Source: Gonapodya sp. JEL0774 | Taxonomy: Eukaryota | Reading direction: 5' to 3' | Assembly (NCBI GenBank): GCA_027604505.1 | Contig: JADIIX010000052.1 | Coordinates: 1-64,000 of the forward strand | Length of the DNA stretch: 64,000 nt | Part shown: one piece after another, positions 12,501-24,836 of the stretch | Layout: the number at the start of each line of letters is the position of its first letter | Numbering within the stretch: the first letter of the stretch is position 1 | Translations under genes and position numbers: made by a program | Notes under the pieces: generated by a model | Seen by the model: only the letters and a program-made list of their open reading frames with translations | Told to the model about the DNA's origin: nothing | Databases searched by the model: none

Positions 12501-12670
12501 GAACGAGGCCATCTGTTTGATGTCCTCCTGCTCCATCCTTTTTGCCTTTTTTCTAAGCTGCTTGCCTTGAGTCCACCTGGTGCCACATTTCAGATTGGTC
12601 TCTTGGTGGGGGGAATTGATTGTGCTCGTTGAGCGCAAGACTGCATTAGGTAAGCAATAGCAGCTGTACA
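9600..12670 (-). pseudogene. Fanzor (Fanzor1-like, TnpB/Cas12-family RNA-guided RuvC nuclease) pseudogene with spliceosomal introns
   Basis: Removing introns 10409-10482, 10158-10241 and 9769-9859 and correcting two 1-nt frameshifts gives VGSCDP(C*)..GFSAREYYNLAGFNSARNLHQKW..MP/SAKT..TLDFYSQHHWSKLQFKSKIGQQRALSKLVKQF..IIAWGATSF..VLINEFQTSRICFVCH..QKLWGVRLCVTPNCGVTWNRDLNAVRNILYL. This reads as RuvC-I, bridge region, RuvC-II, Cys4 zinc ribbon and RuvC-III. Upstream remnants include FDIDRFET..FTTNS (a decayed TDG) and TNFKTSIW. Both ends are approximate. Confidence 0.88.
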
Positions 12671-13099
12671 TGAACGAGGATGTGCTGTGCAGGAGTAGAC
12701 AAACTGTTGAAAATCAATTACGTTTCCTTTCTTCCCTTAGTGATGTGTATACAATAGTCTCAACAAGGGGCGTGGTCCCCAAGATGCCCACGAGGTGCAC
12801 ACCCTCTATATCCATGGTATGAAGGAACAGTAGAATTTTGGTATTCAGCCCATGGCACAGGGGTGTGGGTTGTAGAGGTAAATTTGGTAAGGAAAGTTAA
12901 ATTTCAGCTTCAAAGGGACAGTTAAAACTCCATTTTGAGTCAATCCAATGCCCAATTTTAATCGTCAAGTCACTAAACCACAGAATGTGGTTTGCTCTTC
13001 AGCAAGCGTCCCCATGTCCCTGTTGGTCACTGTCCGTGTCTCTGGAGTTGGTCTGGATCCAAAGTCACAAGGGACAGACATTCTCAGGAAGCAAAGGGC

Positions 13100-14520
13100 A
13101 ATTTCATTGCCCAAATGAAAATTGCAGGATCTTTTGGATCGTACATGTGGGTTTGTTTTGTCCTCAACATGTTCTTTGCGTCTGCAAAGTGGGTTAATCA
13201 AATGGATGCTTACAAGTCCGATGGGTAACAGACCAGCATCTCAAGCCAACAGATGTGGCACAAAATCTCTGTACAAGAGTTGTGTGACAGAGGCAGAGGT
13301 AGGTAGCATGTTGCTCTGCTTCTGTGGCTGAATAAACAGAAACAGTGAATATCTTTTGATCTGCAACCCTCCTGCCATCATTGCAATTTGAACATCTGGA
13401 GAGTAGATCATCTGCATCCAAAGGTTCTGAGGAATAAGCAGAGGTGATTGCAACAAAAGCTCACTCACATTCAGCCACCTCAGATAATGGCAGACCAAGA
13501 CATGATGCACAAAACGTGGAGCTTTGGCTGCATGTCTTGATCTGCCATTATCTATCTATCTAGTGCAAGTTGCTCCAATTCTCTCCTACAAAAACCCTTG
13601 AAAGTTGACAGCATTAGCGTAGCCTTTCACCAGAGACCACAAGGCAACAGGTGATGGTGGATGTGATATGGTGTTGGTGTCACCTTCTATTGTGAAAGCT
13701 CAGGGGCACTGTCTATTGCTCAAGTCCTTGTGCCAGGCACCCTTCCATCTGTACTAGAGGTCACACCATCAAAGTTTGACCCAGTTCCAAACATTCGGCT
13801 CTGTGAAACGTCAGAAGTACGTTGCTGAGTGAGGGGGTTTCAGAGTAGCAAAGGCAGAGCCAATGGGTATAATATTCTTTGTCCTTGGACATGGGTTTCT
13901 CAAATAGAGCCTGTTCTCCCTTTTTGGGATAGCCATAGTAAGGAGCTTCATTGAGTTTAAATCCGCTTTTCATCCATGGCCTTCTAAGTACTCTGGGGTA
14001 AACTTCTCATCTGTTTCTAAAAAGCATCTATCTCGTTTGCTCTCCCAGTTGCCTCAGAAGCAACATAGCGGAGCTTCTTCCTGGTGATGTCATTTCTCCT
14101 GAGAAAGTTACTGATGGTCCGCTGAGTAAATTCAATTCCAAAAGAGTCTGAAACCCATTGAATTCTCGGTGTGAGGGATCAGACATAATCCACTGGCAAA
14201 TTTGATGCTCCAAGTCCATTGCACACTTCTCTTTTCAGTCTCGGAGTCTCCCAGCTGGTGAGCTGCTTACCACTGGCGATGCAATCCATCTGCTTATGGT
14301 CCTCAGAGAGACGCCAAACGCTTCAGCAAGCCACTGCATTGGAACTTCGCCTTTTTGCCTTAATATCTTGAATGCATGGATTCGCCTTGTGGTCTATCCC
14401 ATGTTCGGAGTTCTTTTCCTTGTAGCAAATGTGCATTTGGACTTGACAAGTAAAAATTTGTGCAACTGCCCCACTCCCACACAAAAGGCAGTCTCACCAA
14501 CGGTGTGGAGTTATTGAAGT
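13100..14520 (-). pseudogene. IS630/Tc1-mariner-type DDE transposase pseudogene
   Basis: HTH QWLAEAFGVSLRTISRWIA (about 14281-14340). First catalytic motif AMDE/SGFKLNEAPYYGYPKKGEQA with a 1-nt frameshift (about 13910-13980). Second motif (LAL/I)DNGRSRH (about 13530-13570) followed by SCLGLP, and FADAKNMLR at about 13160-13190. The third acidic motif (NPxE) was not located. Confidence 0.72.
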
Positions 14521-17500
14521 GCTGAAAGCTGTATCACAGAATACACTCCAATAATTCACCACCTCACCCCCAAAGCCTGAGAGCCTGCATACATATTCTT
14601 TATCACTCAATCATCAAGTCCTGCCACCTCCCTGGCCTCCTCGCCAGTCCCATTGTTGTTGTGGGTTGCTCTGTGTGTGTGTTGTGAGACAACAGCTAAA
14701 GGCAGGAGGTTAGCCAGAGCCAGAACAACAGTCGTCCCAGTTCACCCCAACGCGTCACCCCAGGTCACGGCACCTGTTCCTTGGATAGATGTGATATCTA
14801 TTAGTATATAGATGCATATAGAGTAGGTTTTTAGATTTTTTTAGTGATCATATTTTTGCAGGCCACTCAGCAGCAGCGGCTTAGTGACCACATGTACACG
14901 AGTTCAGACATACACATTGAGTTTCAGGAAGGAACCCAACAGTTTTGCCGCAAACCACAACACGTGTACCCAACAAACTTGGCTCCTCTCACTCAAATCA
15001 ACTATTCTGGAAGCCGTACATAAAAAAATTAGGATGATTGGTTGGACAAGGTCAATTTTGACAGGAATCAAGCTGAAAATAACAAGAGCAAAAGAGGTGA
15101 GCAGTATCGGTTGCAAACCCATTTTGCAAGAGGAAGGGGCCTTTTCTTGGATTGGAGGTACGCAAACCAAGTTTATGTGTACAGAGAACATTTGATTGAT
15201 TTACCAAAGTTGTTTCATGGGTTTCAGGCTTGCAGAAGATCCAAATTCCGATCGTACATCTTTGGCAACTTGAACCTGCAAACAGGACTCTGGAGGAGCA
15301 AAAAGCAGTGGTCATCTCAACTCGAACAAATTGTACTCTGGTGGACTCCAATGATATCACCATGAAGCCTGCAAAGTCAACAGAAAGAAACATGATTGCA
15401 ATGTCGAATCAACCAACCAACAACAAATAACAATGAAAAAGGAGGACCACAGACAGGAGCAGGAATGCCGAGGTAAGATAACTTCAGGAGTCAGGGTACC
15501 TCCACTGTTGATGCTTGCAGCAAGCGGTGCCCTGTCACCTGCTGACACAACCCTCCAGCCTCCACCTCAACGCTCCGCCAAGTCAGCTACTCAATGGAGT
15601 CCCACTGACACGGTCGGAGTGGGGAGCAAACAGAATAGTTGCACCCCGTGTATATATCGTGAGCCATGAACAGAATGCACACACATAAGTTTACTCCCAA
15701 CTGACACATATTTTGCTGTGACTTATATTTGGGTCCGAATCCACCTCCATTCACCTACCATCACCTTGTACACCATTGCATCCATACAGATCCGCTCAAA
15801 ACGTACCCACTCCTGTTCCTCTGGCTTGTACTTCATACCTTGACAAAGCCACCAGCTCAACCAGCGGCAAGAGCAAATTAAATTTGAATTGGACTTGTTT
15901 GGTCTGTGGGGTGGGGGGACCAAGCTGGAGAACCGCAGTGAACTGGAAATTCAAACTCAGGACGCAGCGTAAGAATACATAACTGATTGTTTGCATACCC
16001 ACACTGAAACAAAGCACAAACAGATTTATGCTGCCGCCATGATACACCTCCACTTGCCTAGTGTTGCACCCCACTTTAGCACCCTCGCTCCTGATCCCCT
16101 CAGTCTCCATCCCAGTAGGAGCTACACCAAGTTACTGGTGTAATTCAAAGCTGCCATGACACAAATTCACCTGGAAATCACATGTGGGGGGTTGGGATGA
16201 GCACAGGAACTGGATGAACCATTTACCATGAACACTGAGCAAGGGTTCAGGGCTCAGGTAGGTGCATTTTTCTGCTCATCCTTTGACTCAGTGCATTGTG
16301 ACCTACATAATTCTGATCAAGACACCACCACTTACTCAGCATTACACCCCACACCTGATGGCTGACACCACAGTCCACAGCACTTGTGCAGTCCTTGCAG
16401 TACTGGGCTTGCTGCGCCAATTAACCTCTTTATCCCCTTCGACCATGTAGGTGAGAGATTCCTTGCAAAATTGATGGCTAACGGATATTTTGTTGTGAGA
16501 ACCCATATTGTTTGCAATGTAAACCTGCTGTTGTGTTACTGTGACATTCAGGGGGTCTGACCACAGGCAATATATATGTCAAGTGGCACTATGTAGCCAG
16601 ATTTACAGACAATACATGTGATACAGCCTGGACTCACACAACTGTCACAGTCATTCCACACTGCTAAGTACAATGTCAGTGTGGAGCATAAAAGTCTAAA
16701 AAGTCTTATATTTGTAGCTAGTATTGGCGCCTCAGAATCCACAAGTAAATGTAAGTTCCGCCTTCAGTCTGATCTTGGTTGTGTGCTGAAGTGATCTGCT
16801 GGTGTCATTTACAAATTAATTACACTTTTGTGGTGAGTGAGAGACTGAACTTCTGCTGTGTTCCTATTGCACAATTACGTCACTACTCACTGCAAGACAT
16901 CATAAATTCTCTCTTTGTGGTTGTGAAAGTCACTTGGTGTGGTGAAGGCAGGTTCTGAAAAAATTCTCTATCCTTTCATTTGGACTGACAACAGTGCTCT
17001 GTCACTCTGTGCTCACAGTGGCACTTCCATGACTGTTCAGTTTGTCCAACCTGTAAGACATAAGGCAGGAACGTCATATTGTTTGGTGCTGATAGCAAGA
17101 TGTAGTCCTTTGGCAACTGCTGAAGGTCTGAGTGTTAGTGCACTGTCCTGCAGGAGCTACTTGTTGCAACTGAGTAACCTAATGAGATCCAAAGGGTCTG
17201 GGATCTCCTCACATAAATCAAGGTTTTTGGGGAGTTTGAGTGGTGCAATTTGTGGAGCGTGCAATGGTTCTCATTTGAGGAACACAGATCAGGGTATGCA
17301 GAAAGCAAGTTGTGAATCAGTAACTGTCATGACTGGGACATCAGTGAATACTGAAACCTATACAATAAGCCCAATTTTCAGTGAACCTTGTGTATTACAG
17401 GTCATTTCCAATGAGAAATTCCTTGCCTTGTATCATCTGGATGGTTTTCACATGTGGGGATAGGCCACACGGTGGGCGTTTCACACGCCAAGAGAGAGAT

Positions 17501-18154
17501 CACTTTCCTCAATCAGAGAGGCTCACCAAAAAGAATGTAGCTGCAATTGTGCATGGCATTTGTGTGTCCTATGTGTCATATTTTGACCAAAAACTCGTTG
17601 GTTACACCAGCAATCACAAGCAGTGGAAAGTTGCCCATGACACAACCAGGTGCCCAGTTCCACACAGACAAAATGGAGAGAAGCTAAAAGAGAGGCTACA
17701 ATGTCGATCTAGAGACTGAAATTGCTCGAGTTTGGTGTTACTTCACCATATATTTGAGTTTCACGGGATCTCTCAGAAACCTACAACTTCTTGCGAAATA
17801 CATTAATTTTGATTAATTCTCGAGAGTAAAAATTTCTGGAGCTCGTGCTGCGCGCAAAATCAAAATTAAGTGGCCGCCACAGCGTCCATTAGAATGACAC
17901 ACGAAAGACTGATGAACACAGGCGGCCATCTTCCAAAAAAGATCTGCAAACCATCTATTTACTATCATTACGAGTACAATGGCTCAAGTGGATGGTACAT
18001 TTTAACAACAAAACACGTATGCTGTGACGACTTACGTAACGTGGAATAGGTATGCACAGTTTCACCCAAAAAGAACATTGAAACTAAGAGATAGATGGAG
18101 AAGGGTAGTTAGTGCAAAGTCACGCGGCCACAGAAGAAACCGAGGGGCTCACCT

Positions 18155-20212
<2,058 letters not shown>

Positions 20213-20655
20213 TTTGGCTATGTAAAATGATGGGGAAGACTGAGGTGTGAGTGACAAAATGCAGCCTAGGAGTGGGAAGCAAGCACTTGTATAAGTATAG
20301 TCATGTCAAACTGCCGATCATACGCGGAGTGGTCTGCTTATGGTGATTCTGGTCGGTGATCCGTGACTGACGAATCACAACGTCACGGATCATCACGGAA
20401 TAAGGTCATGATCCGGGCAAATATCACCGGAAATGGACTGATTCATATGCCAAATGCGTCTGCTCACTCTTTTGGCTGGAGTTGGATGGGGGAGAAAGAA
20501 CCAAAGACCAACTGGAGAAGGGCTAGGCGGGCCTTCCACCCTTGAGAAGGTCTCACCGTGTACAATTATGACAATGTAATAATAGTCTTCAGAAAATCAG
20601 ATACATGTACGTGGTTAAAATATTCATATGCGTACAGAAACTTATGTCCAGTTTG

Positions 20656-23600
20656 TTATTTTTCAGCTTCCCTCAACGCGTAAGCCAGAATGTAGGCAGT
20701 TTGACCGCGTCTCCGCTGCAAATCATCGCTGGTACCTAACTTGCTCTTGAGGTCATCGTTGAAAGTCCACCAAGTACCCGTTGAACGGTCTAATACGTCG
20801 CATACATAGTGTCCAGAGGAGTAAGAGCTGCCGAGGTGGCATATGACACTGTGAATGGAAACGAGTCAGAAAAGTCCTTGCAAGGGACCTCAATCGTGAA
20901 AAATATCAAAATATCAAAACAAACCTTCTCAAGTCAAACATAATTGGAGATATCGACTGGCAGGAAGTTTCGGTAGTTTGAAGTTCATGTGAAAGTCCAA
21001 AGGGGATTCTTCGTCAATACATGGCACTGACCTTCACGCCCTCTTCAACTTGTATCTTATCATCGACGAGACTTCCGGAAAGATTAAGTTCATCGGCGAC
21101 CAACGTCATGTCATTATCGTTGTCTAGGATCCCTTCGGCCTGTGCAAACAACCCCATATCTTGAAGGCTCGCTTGCATTGCCAGTTTCAGTTCTTCTTCG
21201 TCCCGATCACGCTCAGAGCTTGCGGCTGCCTCTGACTCGCGGATTGCTGATGAGAAAAAATGCGAAGTATTCAACACGGGTTTTTTCCGGAGCCCGCAAA
21301 CGTGTACCCACCCCAATTAAGTTGCGCTTCCTCATCCAAAAGATCTTTGGGTCCTTCTTTTTGCTCCTGAGCCAGGGAATCCACGTGCGTCGCTTCCTGA
21401 AATGGCTGCTCCACACCACGCTCTTGCCCTCGATCGTCAACTGTAGTTCCTTCAAACAGATTCAGAGGTTCGCCGGACACGTTTTCGTCAGATGATTCAA
21501 TTTGATCCGAGAAGGCAACGACGCCAGCTCTCTTCAGTGGAGCTTCGGAGGTTGTGGAGGTGGAGCTGACAACTTGGGCAGCTGGTGCAAGCTCGGTTGG
21601 TGTCCCATGATCAGGTAACAATATATCTGAAGTACAAAAGGACGCTTTGAAAGTCAGTTGATGGATTAAATGATAAGGCGATGATCACGGTAAACAGAGG
21701 CGCACACGACTAACCCAAGTCCAGGTGCTCCGCGATGTTGATCGTGTCCCCTCTCCTCTTCATAGTGGGTTTCCCCCCAGCTCCATTCGGGTCCGAGAGT
21801 TGATAACGCTTAATGTGTATCAAGAACACGCGTGGCAATCGGGAAATGCGATGTCGGGCAAGGGCAATGTGGGAGGGACATTGCTCGCAGTTGTAAGTGA
21901 GCTTCTCCTCCTGGAAAGGGAGAGTCAAATCTTGAGCTCTGAAGAAATGGGGCATATACGGAGAGTTAGCTTACCTTGAAGAAGAGTAGCAGCAATTGTC
22001 GAATAGGCGTGCCGGTGGTGCTAAGATGTGCCATGACAAAGAATGGAAACATGGACTATAGTAAATCACCAAAACTACCACAGTCATCTTACCTTGCGAA
22101 AAGAAATAGCGGAAGATCTAACGATATGTCCCGAAATAGTTCCCTTCTGCTGCGCTTGTGTCCACAATCCGCACATGTAAGGACAGTTTCAGATTCCCAC
22201 TGCAGGTGGCGGCACGCGAAAGTGGGACGGGTATGAAGTCCCTCGGTATCTGGCTAAACCGACTGGGAAATACGCGCGCACCTCGAAATTGTCCGCAACT
22301 GGATCCCTGAATGTCCTCTTCGCCGCGATCTTCCCTAGATCCTTTAAAGGTGATTCAAGATCCATCGCGATGACATCGAGCATTGTGGTAAGTAGTTCAT
22401 GGGCGTCCTGTTGGTAAGGAGAGACAATCAGTTGGAGTCAATGCGGGATCTCCAATGCGCGCATACCTCCTGATCGTTGACAGCAAACCTCTCCATTATA
22501 CTTCCGATACATTTTTTCAGTGCCAACGGGCTGACAACGCGATTCCCACCCTCCTTGCTGCGAAATACTTGTGCAAGTTGAGCAGCAAGGGTGCTAGAGA
22601 ATGAATGCGTCGTCGCCGTCGAAGGCAGTTGTGCGGGAGCACTTGCTCCATCTTCATCTATTGCGACGCCAACCCGAGGACTTGATTGCAACAACGCGGT
22701 TGTGGTAGTAGATGTGGACTCGATCAATAATTGATGCTGTTTCTCCACAATGTTCGTAACTTTGACAAGGGGGGTCCGAAATCCCGTAAGGTGAAACAAA
22801 AGCTGTAGCACGGCATTGATGTAGCAAGTCTGACCGAGGTTTCTGAACCTAGATGAGATGTTGTTCAAAATTTGTGACCACGACTGTCATCACATCAGTT
22901 TTGGCTTACATACCCATCGGATGTTGCTGCCGTCGTCGATCTCCAGTTGATTGGATCTGTGGATCCAAGTCCCTTGAAAATCCTCATTGGATCCGATGTG
23001 GCCACCTCTCTGAAGACACGGGTATTGGCTGGCATGAGGGGGCGCACTTTTTGCGACAAAGTAAATGGTGACAGCTAAATATAGAGCTCTTTCGTCAGTT
23101 GCGACAATTCTCACAGTGACGAATATTGGTATCCGCGCGAATAGGAGATGTAGGTGGGGATGATTGACGACGAGCAAATGTGGTGGACCCCTAACGAAGA
23201 AGATCCAAATGCGAAACAAATCACCGTAACGCAAAAGGCCAGAGAGTACATGCATCGGATGACGGCCCACACAGTGGGTACAGCAAAGTCCTCTCGTCCG
23301 CTGACGTACATAAGAGCTTCCGGAAGTTCGTTCAATCTTTGTGTTGCCCAATGGACCACCATTCTGGAACTTGTTCACTGGAACAAAAAGTGGACCATCA
23401 GCTCCACGAAAGTTTGGTTCATGTGGAACCCATAGATCGTCCACTAGGTTCTCCTGGTCAGACTTCTGTCGCTTATGACTGCGGTACATGTCTGAGCCCA
23501 AGTCATATTCTTGTGCACTGTTGCCGCGTTTGATACCGTTCTTCCCTGCCATTCCCTCCACTAGCTTCCTCTTGGTGGGTGGCGCAAGGACTGGTGTTGT

Positions 23601-24445
23601 TGGAGGGTGTTTGAAATGAGAGCGGATTGGAGGAGGGTGCAAATCATTTTGTTTTGGAGTGGAACGAAGCTCCGAAGACAACCGGACTTCTGGGGAGGGG
23701 GGACTGACAACGACAGGAGAAGATGTTGTCGCAATGTGCAATCCGTTGCTCCCTATGTTGTTTGCAAGTGAGCCTTCGAAGTCAACTCGGTCGGCAAGCT
23801 TTGGCGAGAATGGTGTGGAACCATCCCGTATTCGTCGGTGTCCAGAATGAAGGCGACTAGCACAAGGGTCAGTGTCGGGAGATGGTTTGCCTGCTTCCCG
23901 AGCTGTTAACACAAAAACACTATTGTTACACGACTGAATAAAACGCAAGACACAATTTGCTTCGATGCCGCACCCGTCTTCCGAAAAGTCTTAATGAAAC
24001 TTTTGAAATCTTTGGCGGATGCGATAGACTTTTGCCCGAAGGCAAAGATTAGAGAGCAGTCATCGGAGAGCACCACAGTTGTTGTAGGAGATTCTCTTCC
24101 CAAAACGCCTTTAACATTACTCGAAATCTGAGACGAAGAAAAGGGTCAGCGTCCATAATGCGTGGGAGTTTGATTGAGAATAGTTTCCCACCAAGAACGA
24201 GTTTGGCTCATCGCGACAGTCCTTGATGTGAAGAAAAATGGAGCCTTTTACCCAGGTTGGCGCGATTAACATCAGGGGGCACGAATCATGGGTGCTGGAC
24301 GTGCTTGAGATGCAGACTCACCATCTTGGGATTCAAACCAGCAAGAGGCATTCGAAAACCTCCTTTCCACCTCGTTCTTCCAGATCACTTCCTTGCATAC
24401 AAAACTGGGCAGGTGAAGGTCCTCTATCGAGTTCGTGGGGGTCAT
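20656..24445 (-). CDS. Ubiquitin-specific protease (peptidase C19) with UIM insert, USP37/29/26-like architecture
   Basis: Cys box FRNLGQTCYINAVLQ (about 22800-22850), QDAHELL, CxxC pairs, LPRVFLIHIKRY, UIM DEEELKLAMQASLQD (about 21160-21210), His box HLGSSYSSGHYVCDV, WWTFNDD, TAYILAY. The start ATG 24445 is tentative. Confidence 0.88.
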
Positions 24446-24836
24446 TATGGTTTGCGAAGACAGGCGCCGTTCAGAGATTCGGCCGACCCGCGCACGTGAG
24501 CCAAGACTGAGCACGGAAAGAACCGATCCAAAGTGCGTCAAGAATAATGGTGATCGGCGTTGCCAGCTTTGAGACAGAGGGAAATGGTTAGGCGTGGGGA
24601 ATTTGGGTGCGGTGCACCGTTCTCGTCGGAGGAATGAAAATACCCGATATGCTTCTCATGCTGAATGCTCTACTTGCTGAAATGACTACAAAAATCAAAA
24701 ACCTCACTTCCCAGAATTTGACAATGCAAAGCAAATCGTTTCAGTAATATCTAGTGTCATCCGAGGCAATGTCCTCGCAGCAAGAATCACTCTCGAAGAC
24801 ATCCAGGAGGATGTCGCTCACTGTAGAATACTATGG

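Larger units (their letters stand above)
9256..14790 (-). mobile_element. Decayed Tc1/mariner(IS630)-type DNA transposon carrying a Fanzor gene; left end TA|CAAGGG at 9254-9261, right end unresolved (could extend to about 17.4-17.7 kb)
   Basis: Co-oriented transposase and Fanzor pseudogenes, a shift to CpG-depleted sequence at about 9256, and a TA dinucleotide immediately outside a CA start as in Tc1/mariner. A weak inverted-end candidate CTGTTCCTTG lies at about 14774-14783. Confidence 0.7.

Noticed and set aside
24243..24251. GCCTTTTAC, the U5 snRNA loop-1 sequence
   Set aside because: No flanking stem or Sm site; it lies antisense within the USP gene.
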